Both the position numbers and the translations under genes were made by a program. Shown here piece by piece: positions 55,350 to 63,283 of a DNA stretch of 64,000 bases (position 1 is its first letter; each line of letters starts with the position of its first letter). The DNA comes from Candidatus Poriferisodalaceae bacterium (lineage in GTDB: Bacteria > Actinomycetota > Acidimicrobiia > Acidimicrobiales > Poriferisodalaceae). Below the pieces are notes generated by a model. That model was not told the DNA's origin, made no database searches, and saw only the letters and a list, made by a program, of their open reading frames with translations. The stretch spans positions 9,254 to 73,253 of the forward strand of contig JBLHLM010000001.1 of the NCBI GenBank assembly GCA_047618365.1. The letters run 5' to 3'.

Positions 55350-56113
55350 GAGAGGCGCACGTCAGCCCGTCCCAGGGAGCCGGCATCGTTGATGGCGTGT
55401 TGTTCGCGCGCGAGCGGCGCGATTCCGGTGCAGGTGCCGGTCGATACGAGGCTGCCCGCTGGAAGTTCATGACCCCTCGAGATGAGGTGGTTGATCAGCC
55501 AGGCGAGGGCAATGTATGGCCCGCCTAAGACGTCGACACCGGTGCCAGATGCGGTGACTTCGCCGTCGATCATCGAGGTGCACGTGGCTGTCGTCAGATC
55601 GTGCGTTGGCGGGTCGAGGGGGACACCGGTCACCAAGGCAGCGTGAAGTGAGCCATCAGCCACTATGAGGGCTGGCGGAATGTCGAGGTTTGCGTCGAAG
55701 CGGCTGCAAACGAGCTCGATTGCAGGGATCACCGCGTCGACCAGCGCGCGGGCCCTCTTGACGTCGAACGGATCGCTTCCAGGCAGCACGGCGGTTTTGG
55801 TGCGCAACACGATCTCGCACTCTGCGCCGAGGTCGTGGGGGTAGGAGTCGCGCTCGAGAGTCGTTCCCGATTCGAACAGTGAGTTGGCAAAGATCGGCCC
55901 AGAGATGGGCGCTCGGAGACCGAGGCGTTCCTGCATCGCCGTAGACGTGGCGCCGATTTTCCAGCCCACGACCGGCGAGTCGATGAGGTTGATCAGCTGA
56001 TCCTGAACTGCGTACGCCTCAGCGGCCGATCCGGGCACTGGGCTGCTCTCCGCTGCAACTGTTTCTCCCGCGATGCGGGCATGGGCGAGAGAGATCTGGA
56101 GCGGAAGCGGCAC
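55346..56113 (-). CDS. 2-keto-4-pentenoate hydratase / FAH-family hydratase-decarboxylase
   Basis: AYAVQDQL...GWKIGATS, ECEIV and STGTCTG. Confidence 0.75.
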   Translation of the reverse strand: MPLPLQISLAHARIAGETVAAESSPVPGSAAEAYAVQDQLINLIDSPVVGWKIGATSTAMQERLGLRAPISGPIFANSLFESGTTLERDSYPHDLGAECEIVLRTKTAVLPGSDPFDVKRARALVDAVIPAIELVCSRFDANLDIPPALIVADGSLHAALVTGVPLDPPTHDLTTATCTSMIDGEVTASGTGVDVLGGPYIALAWLINHLISRGHELPAGSLVSTGTCTGIAPLAREQHAINDAGSLGRADVRLS

Positions 56114-56124
56114 GAGAGGCGACG

Positions 56125-56526
56125 CTACCGGCCTCGGCGACGAAGCTCGTCGATCTCACGGCGATCTCGTTTGGTTGGCCGACCCGCGCCGCGCTCACGG
56201 CGGCCGGGATCGACGCCGGGTACCGGCCCAACGGCGAAGAATGGATCGGATGGTTCGGGCGGGGGACTGTGGTCGACGTAACACTCGGCGGCGATCGCAG
56301 CGCCGACTCGCTTCTCAATCAGGCGAGTCACCTCGTAGATTCGCAGGCCAACGCCGCCGCGAATCTGTACCCGATCGCCCACCTTGAGTTTGGTGGCTGG
56401 CTTCGCTGGATCGTCGTTGACACGAACCTTGCCGGAGGTGCACGAATCGTTGGCGGCCGTGCGTGTCTTGGCAGCCCGCACAGCCCACAACCATTTGTCG
56501 ACTCGTACGGTTCCCGGATCGCTCAT
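56125..56526 (-). CDS. RNA-binding S4-domain protein (HslR/Hsp15-like)
   Basis: RVDKWLWAVRAAKTRTAANDSCTSGKVRVND plus a basic tail. Confidence 0.8.
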   Translation of the reverse strand: MSDPGTVRVDKWLWAVRAAKTRTAANDSCTSGKVRVNDDPAKPATKLKVGDRVQIRGGVGLRIYEVTRLIEKRVGAAIAAECYVDHSPPPEPSDPFFAVGPVPGVDPGRRERGAGRPTKRDRREIDELRRRGR

Positions 56527-57632
56527 AGCAGGGCCTGCAAACTGGAGATGAGGTCGGCCTCGGAGGCTGGTCTGTCGGATCGGTACCCCTTTACCCGGGC
56601 AAACCGGAGGGCAACGCCGCCCCGATACCTGGTCGAGCGCTGCACCCCATCGATCGCGATTTCGACGACCTGCACCGGGTGGACCTCGACGACGTGATGT
56701 TCGTGAAGGGTGTCCGGGGCGACTGCCAGTTCAGTGAACCGTTCGGTCTGCCAACGCAACGTCTCGTCGATCAAGTCTTCTCCACCTACGTGTAGAACGT
56801 CGAAGAACCACGGCGCTAGTCGGGCAGCGTCTTCGCCGCCCCCGCCGATGACCTCGCCGTCGAGCACAAGGGTGTTGGGTTCCAAGGCTTGCACGATGTT
56901 TACGATGTCGGGCACCCGGCTGGTGACATTGTTGAGGTTGCGGGTGAAAACCCGGACCCCCGAGCCGGACTTGTGGACCTGAATTCGGATGCCGTCGAGC
57001 TTCCACTCGACCGACGATTCGCCGAGGGCTTCGACTGCATCAGCCACCAACTCAGCGGTTGACGCCAGCATTGGCTGGACGCCTCGACCGACGCGAAGGC
57101 CAATCGCAGAGAGAGCGTCTGAGCCGCCGAAGAGCGCCGACCGGGCGGTGAGGCCGAGGTCGCCGCTCAACATCGCTGCTCGCCTGGTGAGGGCTGCAGG
57201 CGTGCCCGCTGCTTTGGCGACAGCATCGGTGGCCAGGCCGGCGAGAGCTCCCTGACGCAACTCGCCAACAATGAGGCGACCCAAGTGTTCCTGCTCGCCC
57301 GCTGTGGCCTTCGCGAAGAGTCGATGAAGTTGCCCGGAGCGATCGGCCTGCGAGCCGGGACCGTTGGTGGCCTGCAACGCCGAGATTGCTGCGTCGAGTT
57401 CAGTGACCGTGATCGACGGCTCCAGAGCTGGTTCCGAATCGATGGCGGTGACAGCGGCCCAGCCCGACCCGATGGCCCCCTGGCGGAGATGGCCAGTGAG
57501 AAAACCGATCAGGGGAACAATGTCGTCTGGCGCGGCCTTGCGCAGCAGCGCGGCTAACAAGACCGTCTTGTCGCCGCGTTTGAACGTGGCACCGACCTGG
57601 GCAACCGTTTCGGTGACCTGGGCCAGCAACAT
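56523..57632 (-). CDS. ATP-dependent DNA ligase, LigB-like, with internal in-frame deletions (probably non-catalytic)
   Basis: Trimmed to MLLAQVTETVAQ, 7 nt after the upstream stop. EWKLDGIRIQVHK (motif I), LVLDGEVI (III), WFFDVLHVGG (IIIa) and ALRFARVKGYRSD (VI) are present. Nothing resembles motif IV (EG..K) or motif V (W.K.K). Only 369 aa, versus ~500 aa that I recall for mycobacterial LigB. Confidence 0.7.
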   Translation of the reverse strand: MLLAQVTETVAQVGATFKRGDKTVLLAALLRKAAPDDIVPLIGFLTGHLRQGAIGSGWAAVTAIDSEPALEPSITVTELDAAISALQATNGPGSQADRSGQLHRLFAKATAGEQEHLGRLIVGELRQGALAGLATDAVAKAAGTPAALTRRAAMLSGDLGLTARSALFGGSDALSAIGLRVGRGVQPMLASTAELVADAVEALGESSVEWKLDGIRIQVHKSGSGVRVFTRNLNNVTSRVPDIVNIVQALEPNTLVLDGEVIGGGGEDAARLAPWFFDVLHVGGEDLIDETLRWQTERFTELAVAPDTLHEHHVVEVHPVQVVEIAIDGVQRSTRYRGGVALRFARVKGYRSDRPASEADLISSLQALL

Positions 57633-57639
57633 CTGCTGA

Positions 57640-58557
57640 TCAGTCGACTTGGCTGGCGACGTCGGCCATGAAGGCCCGAAGTGAGTCGAGTCGTCCCGGG
57701 ACTCCGCCGCGAGCGACAGGGTCGAGCAGGATGTGCTGGATACCGGCTTCTTGCATTTGGCCGATGGTGTCGAGCATTTGTTCGACGCTGCCGCCAACCG
57801 ACTTCTTCGGTTCCATCGCGGAGCCAGGGTCGAGATACACCCGCAACGACAGCGTGATCTCGTCGCGGTCGCGACCGATGGCATCGCACTCGTCTTGGAT
57901 CGCAGCCCACTCGTCCTTCACGACGTCGAGCGGCTGGAACGCGGCGTGGAAACCGTGACCGAAACGGGCGGTGCGCTTGAACGCAGCCTTGCTGGCCCCG
58001 CCGACCCACACCGGTACCGGATCCTGCACTGGTTTCGGGAAGAAGCCGACCTCGGGGAACTGGTAGAAGTCGCCGTCGTAGCTCGGCGTTTCGTCCTTAA
58101 AAAGGGTCTCGAATATTTCGAGTTGTTCGTCTGAGCGTCTGCCGCGCTGATCCCATGGCATACCCAAGACTTCGGCTTCTTCCTGCATCCATCCAACGCC
58201 AACACCCAGAATCAGACGCCCGTTCGACAAGACGTCGATGGTCGCCAGCTGCTTCGCTGTAACCACTGGCAGTCGGTAAGGGAGGATGAGCACCGTGATT
58301 CCGAGACGAAGGTTCTCTGTGCACGCGGCCACGAACTGCAACGTGCCCAGCGGGTCGAGCCAGCCCATGTCCGGTGTTGCCGGGAACGATCCGTCGTCGG
58401 TGTACGGATACTTCGACTCCACATCAGCCGGCCAGCACACGTGATCGCTGGTCCAGCCGTCGGTAAAGCCGAGCCGATCGACCTCTTGGCTGAATTCGAT
58501 TAATGACTCTCGGCTCACAGTGCGGCCGAGATGCGGTAGATGTACGCCCCAATCCAT
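57640..58557 (-). CDS. LLM-class F420-dependent oxidoreductase
   Basis: GRLILGVGVGW, PVWVGGAS, and a luciferase-like TIM-barrel pattern. Confidence 0.8.
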   Translation of the reverse strand: MDWGVHLPHLGRTVSRESLIEFSQEVDRLGFTDGWTSDHVCWPADVESKYPYTDDGSFPATPDMGWLDPLGTLQFVAACTENLRLGITVLILPYRLPVVTAKQLATIDVLSNGRLILGVGVGWMQEEAEVLGMPWDQRGRRSDEQLEIFETLFKDETPSYDGDFYQFPEVGFFPKPVQDPVPVWVGGASKAAFKRTARFGHGFHAAFQPLDVVKDEWAAIQDECDAIGRDRDEITLSLRVYLDPGSAMEPKKSVGGSVEQMLDTIGQMQEAGIQHILLDPVARGGVPGRLDSLRAFMADVASQVD

Positions 58558-58645
58558 CCCTGAAACCTAAACGGTTTCGTAGGCTCAGTGCAGATGTGAC
58601 ATGTGGCCCGCGACTTTGCGGAGCCCGCGGCGTGTACCCCTAGTG

Positions 58646-59323
58646 ATGAAAGATGCTCCCGTGTTGACCCGGTGGGTAACGATTTGTGCACTTTTTGTGT
58701 TGGCCGGGTGCGCCCGGATCGACGAAGTCCTTTATCCAGAAGAGGAAGTTGTCGAGGCCGTTGTTGAGGAGGAAGTTCCCTCTGACCTTGACGATGGAGT
58801 CGTCCCCGTCACCGTTGCACCGACCGACCTAGGTGGTTGCGGCGGGATGTGTGAGCACGGTCAAGTGGTCTGGGATCTCTCACTTGCGTCGACGACCTTT
58901 GACGTCGACGTTCTGGCTGAGTCACTTGGAATGGAGCCGGGGGCCTTCGTCAGGTCTGCTGCTGGGCTGCCTTTACTCGGCTGTATCGACTTTGGCCCGG
59001 CGGAGGAGCGTGAAACCGATTCAGCGGTTGGAGAAGACGGAGTCCGCCACGTGCTCCTCACCTACTCACGCCCGAACCTCGCGTCCCGCCTGCTGCGCTC
59101 GGCCGCAGCAGTTGTGGCTGTCGATGGGGAGCGCCTCGCGGACTGCAGCTCAGGTGGGCGCACAATCCGACGTCTCGTCGAACTCGGCGACAGCGGTTAC
59201 CAGATCGTTGTGACCGAGGCTGGTGGCGGCGGAAGCTCCTTTGCCGTGACGGTCGTCATCCGCCAGGTCGACACGTTGCGGGTTTTGGTGTCGATCGAGC
59301 GCGACTTGAGTTCGATTCGCTGA
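58646..59323 (+). CDS. secreted lipoprotein, hypothetical
   Basis: Trimmed to MKDAPVLTRWVTICALFVLAGCARID (lipobox LAGC). Confidence 0.6.
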   Translation: MKDAPVLTRWVTICALFVLAGCARIDEVLYPEEEVVEAVVEEEVPSDLDDGVVPVTVAPTDLGGCGGMCEHGQVVWDLSLASTTFDVDVLAESLGMEPGAFVRSAAGLPLLGCIDFGPAEERETDSAVGEDGVRHVLLTYSRPNLASRLLRSAAAVVAVDGERLADCSSGGRTIRRLVELGDSGYQIVVTEAGGGGSSFAVTVVIRQVDTLRVLVSIERDLSSIR

Positions 59324-59325
59324 CT

Positions 59326-60510
59326 TCAGTCGGCCTGGGCTGCAGCTGCGTCGGCGAGTAGTGCCCGCGAGATCACGAGCTTCTGAATCTCGCTCGTGCC
59401 TTCACCGATGATCATGAGCGGAGCGTCGCGGTAGTAGCGCTCGACTGGATATTCGGTGCTGAACCCGTTGCCTCCATGGATCCGCATGGCGTCGAGCGCC
59501 AGCTCGCTGGCGGTCTCAGAGGCGAACAGTTTCGCCATACCAGCAGCCAGATCGACTCGTTCGCCTGCATCGGCCTTGCGGGCAGCTTCGTAGGTCAGGA
59601 GTTTTGCCGCTTCGAGTTTCGTCGCCATTTCGGCGAGTTTGAAGGCAATTGCCTGGTGCTGCGAAATCGGTTTGCCGAATGCTTCTCGCTGTTGGGCGTA
59701 CGACAGCGCAGCGTCGAAGGCTGCCTGGGCCACCCCGACGCCGCGGGCAGCGACGTTGATGCGGCCAAGCTCAAGCGCAGCGAGAGCCCATCGCAATCCA
59801 TTGCCGATGCCCTCTTCGCCGCCCAGGACTCGATCGGCGGACACACGGTGGTCGACGTAGGACATCTCGACTGTTTCCAGGCCGCGATAGCCGAGTTTGT
59901 CGATCTTGGGACTGATCGAGATGCCTCCGCTGCCGTCTGGCCCTGGTTCCTTGTCGATGAGGAAACAGGTGATGCCGCTCGATCCCGAGGAGTCGCCTTC
60001 GGGCACCCGAGCCAAAAGGGCAACGATGCCGGCCTTGATTCCGTTGGTCACCCACATCTTCGTGCCGTTGATCACGAATTCGTCGCCGTCGCGTTCGGCC
60101 TTGCAGCGCAGCGCACCTGCGTCGGACCCACTGTCGGGTTCCGACAACGAGAAGCAGCCGCGGAGATCCCCGGACGCCATGGCAGCCAGCGCGCCGGACT
60201 GCTGCTCGGCGGTTCCGAATCGGGTGATGAGCTTGGCGCAGATTAGATGACTGTTGATGACCCCGGCGAGTGACATCCAACCGCGGGAGATCTCGGCAAT
60301 CACCCGCGCATAGGTCATGTTGTCGAGCCCGAGGCCGTCGTGCTCCTCGGGGATGGTGGCTCCGAACAGGCCGAACTCGGCCATCTGGGCCACCATTGCT
60401 TCCGGGTATTCGTCCGGCAGATCGAACGTCGCGGCGTTCGGTGCGACCTCATCATCGACCCATCTCGCGAGGGTCGCGATCATCTCGTTGGCGACATCAA
60501 TGTCAGTCAT
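59326..60510 (-). CDS. acyl-CoA dehydrogenase
   Basis: Trimmed to MTDIDVANE. LSEPDSGSDAG, INGTKMWVTNG, and IIGEGTSEIQ. Confidence 0.9.
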   Translation of the reverse strand: MTDIDVANEMIATLARWVDDEVAPNAATFDLPDEYPEAMVAQMAEFGLFGATIPEEHDGLGLDNMTYARVIAEISRGWMSLAGVINSHLICAKLITRFGTAEQQSGALAAMASGDLRGCFSLSEPDSGSDAGALRCKAERDGDEFVINGTKMWVTNGIKAGIVALLARVPEGDSSGSSGITCFLIDKEPGPDGSGGISISPKIDKLGYRGLETVEMSYVDHRVSADRVLGGEEGIGNGLRWALAALELGRINVAARGVGVAQAAFDAALSYAQQREAFGKPISQHQAIAFKLAEMATKLEAAKLLTYEAARKADAGERVDLAAGMAKLFASETASELALDAMRIHGGNGFSTEYPVERYYRDAPLMIIGEGTSEIQKLVISRALLADAAAAQAD

Positions 60511-60581
60511 TCGGCACAACTCTCGCTAGCGGCTCCAGCATTTCCTACTATCGCAACGTCCGCACGTGTAGAGGAGTCGAC

Positions 60582-61631
60582 ATGAAAATCTCAATGGTGC
60601 TGGGTACCGGAACCAGTCTCAACCCGGCCAGCCTTGCTCAGCAGGCCCAGGACCTAGAGCGCGCAGGCGTCGACCTGGTCTGGGGTGGGGAGATCTACGG
60701 CTTCGACCTTGTCTCGACACTTGCTTACCTGGCGGGCAAAACCGAACACATGGAGCTGATGACTGGCATCTTGCCGATCTACTCCCGTTCGCCAGCGCTG
60801 CTCGCTCAGACAGCAGCGACCATCGACACCTTGAGCGAAGGGCGGTTTGTTCTCGGTCTTGGGAGTTCGGGCCCTCAGGTCATCGAGGGCTGGCACGGCG
60901 TTCCGTTCAACAAGCCGATTGGCATGACCCGCGATGTGATCGAGATCTGCCGCAAGGTGTGGTCCGGCGACAAGGTCGTGCACGATGGCAAGGTGTTCAG
61001 CCTGCCCCTTCCCGAAGGCGAGGGCACTGGACTGGGCAAACCGCTGAAGCTGATGTGTAAGCCTCTCCGTCAGGACATCCCGATTGCGGTTGCAGCGATC
61101 GGCCCCAAGAATGTTGAACTCGCTGCCGAATCGGCGAACATCTGGCAGCCGATTCACTTCGTGCCAGACAAGTTCAACCAGGTCTGGGGCGAGAGCCTCG
61201 CAGCCGGCAAGGCGAAGCGTTCGGCCGATCTTGGCGATCTGAAGATCATCGCCGGCGGCACGGTCGCCCTCGGCAGCGGCCCCGCTGTTGATGCCGCCCG
61301 CAAAGGGGTGCGTGACAACGTCGGTTTCTACGTAGGTGGCATGGGCGCCCGCGACAAGAACTTCTACAACGACCTCTTCAAGCGCTACGGCTACGTCGAC
61401 GAAGCCATCGCCATTCAGGATCTCTTCCTCAGCGGCAAACGCGAAGAGGCCATGGCGGCGGTGCCCGACGAATACATCGATCTCGCTAGCCTCACGGGCG
61501 ACGAGGGACGAGTACGAGAGCGCATCGAGGTCTACAAGGAAGTTGGTGTCAGCTACCTGAACATCGACATTCCGCACAGCACCGAAAATCCACTCCAGGT
61601 CATCGAAAAGATCAAGGCTTGGGCTGAATAG
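60582..61631 (+). CDS. LLM-class F420-dependent oxidoreductase
   Basis: Trimmed to MKISMVLGTG after the GAGGAG RBS. GRFVLGLGSSGPQVIEGWHG. Confidence 0.8.
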   Translation: MKISMVLGTGTSLNPASLAQQAQDLERAGVDLVWGGEIYGFDLVSTLAYLAGKTEHMELMTGILPIYSRSPALLAQTAATIDTLSEGRFVLGLGSSGPQVIEGWHGVPFNKPIGMTRDVIEICRKVWSGDKVVHDGKVFSLPLPEGEGTGLGKPLKLMCKPLRQDIPIAVAAIGPKNVELAAESANIWQPIHFVPDKFNQVWGESLAAGKAKRSADLGDLKIIAGGTVALGSGPAVDAARKGVRDNVGFYVGGMGARDKNFYNDLFKRYGYVDEAIAIQDLFLSGKREEAMAAVPDEYIDLASLTGDEGRVRERIEVYKEVGVSYLNIDIPHSTENPLQVIEKIKAWAE

Positions 61632-61699
61632 ATTCGGCTCTGAATAAATTTGGGCGAATCCCTCAAGTTTCACCAAAGAGCGTGTCGATCATCCTCTTA

Positions 61700-61726
61700 A
61701 CGTGAGAGACCATACCGGTCTCACGT
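61700..61726. promoter_or_regulatory. imperfect palindrome upstream of flp (possible operator or RNA hairpin)
   Basis: ACGTGAGagACC-atacc-GGTCTCACGT read directly, 17 nt before the flp ATG. Confidence 0.25.
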
Positions 61727-61743
61727 AAAAAGGGGATCGTCAA

Positions 61744-61917
61744 ATGACTGACAAGGTTCTTGCGAAACTGATCGAGATCAACGCTGCAGCCGATAATGAA
61801 GAGGGCGGTGTAGCAGCAGAGTATGGCGTCATCATCGCCGGGGTTGCCGTTGTAGTAGCAATCGCTGCGGCAACCCTGGGCGGGCGCATCGGGGCTCTCT
61901 TCGATTCTGTTCTGTGA
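61744..61917 (+). CDS. flp: Flp-family type IVb pilin (57 aa)
   Basis: Own translation: MTDKVLAKLIEINAAADNEEGGVAAEYGVIIAGVAVVVAIAAATLGGRIGALFDSVL. G/xxxxEYG Flp processing motif plus a hydrophobic helix. AGGGGA RBS. Below the ORF-track size cutoff. Confidence 0.8.
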   Translation: MTDKVLAKLIEINAAADNEEGGVAAEYGVIIAGVAVVVAIAAATLGGRIGALFDSVL

Positions 61918-62342
61918 CGCGGCGTCCACGGGAGCAGGTCCGGACAGACGCCAGGCGCTGCTCCCGCGGTCATGCTTTCCGTGATCGCCGAGACCAGAGC
62001 GGCGCTGCCGCGGTCGAGATGGCGATCATTCTTCCTGTTCTTGTCCTGCTGATGTTTGGCATCGTCGAGTTCGGGTTGGCGTTTAACCGCCTGCAAGGGG
62101 TCCACGCTGCAGCCCGCGAAGGGGCCAGAGTCGGCGCCGTCTCCCCAGGGGACGAGTGTGCCCGAGCACTGAGTGCGCTCGACGGCCTAGGGGTTTCAGC
62201 GGTCACCTGCACCGTTGAGGAGTCATGTCCCGGCGACCGAGCAGTGGTCGTCATTGGTGCCACCGAAGAGGTGAGTATCCCAATGCTCGGCGATCGTTCA
62301 GTGTCGCTGAGTGGACGAGGTGAATTTCGATGCGAGCTATGA
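61914..62342 (+). CDS. tadE: TadE-like pilus assembly (pseudopilin) protein
   Basis: GAAAVEMAIILPVLVLLMFGIVEFG is a TadE N-terminal motif. GTGA overlap with the flp stop; the start is uncertain. Confidence 0.7.
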   Translation: MTRRPREQVRTDARRCSRGHAFRDRRDQSGAAAVEMAIILPVLVLLMFGIVEFGLAFNRLQGVHAAAREGARVGAVSPGDECARALSALDGLGVSAVTCTVEESCPGDRAVVVIGATEEVSIPMLGDRSVSLSGRGEFRCEL

Positions 62343-63283
62343 GGCACCGTGATGACAAGGGCGCAGTCAGCGTCGTTATGTCCCTGTGCCTCGTAGTTCT
62401 TTTTGGCGCCGCTGCGTTAGTGATCGATGGGGGGCAAATTTGGACTGCCCGCCGCCAGCTCATAACGGCGACGGACGCCGCTGCTCTGGCCGAAGCTCAG
62501 GAGTACGCATCTAGCGCTGTTGGCTGCGCAGGGCTCGGCGTCGACTTTGTTGATTCGAACTATTCGGGTGCCGAAGACGTGACATGTACGCGGACCGGTT
62601 CGGGAACATCGGGAACGGTAACCGTCTCGGCATCGGTGACTGTTAGTCATCAACTCGCAGCGATTCTGGGACGGAACTCTACAGTTGTCGAGTCTTCCAG
62701 TACGGCTTCATTTGGTGCAGCTTCGGCCGTATCGGGCCTTCGGCCGCTCGGATTATGCAACGGGAGCAATGGCTTTTTGGCATGGCAGGCCTCGGGTCAC
62801 TCCACCACACAGGTCTTCAGAATTTCGTATGGCAAGGACGACATCTCGGCTTGCGGTGGCGCCGCGGTTCCAGGCAACTGGGCAATCATCGATTTCAACG
62901 GCGGGAGCAACTCCAACCAAGAGACCACGGACTGGATCGAGAACGGGTATGGCGGCACCGTCGAGGCTGGCACTTGGTACGAGGGCGATCCTGGAGCGTT
63001 TTCGAACAGCGTGGGAGTCAGCGGACTCATCGGCGAGACGATCTTTCTGCCGGTGTTCGACGCAGCTCAGGGAAACGGCGCCAACGCGCAGCTACACATA
63101 GCCGGTTTCGTGTCGGTCGTGGTTTATGACGTCAAGGCCAACGGGGACGCTGCCGATAGATATCTCGACCTCCAGTTTGTGAGTGCTGTGGCCCCGGGTC
63201 GGTGCTGCGAAGGAGGCGCCCTCGACACCGGAGCGTTCGCGATCGGGTTGTGTCGGGCAGACGACGAAGGAGATTGTCCGTGA
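62330..63283 (+). CDS. TadG-like / Tad_N-domain pilus assembly protein
   Basis: DDKGAVSVVMSLCLVVLFGAAALVIDGG is a TadG-type N-terminus, followed by a secreted Gly/Ser-rich domain. Confidence 0.65.
   Translation: MRAMRHRDDKGAVSVVMSLCLVVLFGAAALVIDGGQIWTARRQLITATDAAALAEAQEYASSAVGCAGLGVDFVDSNYSGAEDVTCTRTGSGTSGTVTVSASVTVSHQLAAILGRNSTVVESSSTASFGAASAVSGLRPLGLCNGSNGFLAWQASGHSTTQVFRISYGKDDISACGGAAVPGNWAIIDFNGGSNSNQETTDWIENGYGGTVEAGTWYEGDPGAFSNSVGVSGLIGETIFLPVFDAAQGNGANAQLHIAGFVSVVVYDVKANGDAADRYLDLQFVSAVAPGRCCEGGALDTGAFAIGLCRADDEGDCP

Noticed and set aside
61663-61929. 88-aa minus-strand ORF.
   Set aside because: It is antisense to the Flp pilin gene, which has an RBS, the Flp processing motif and the correct operon context.
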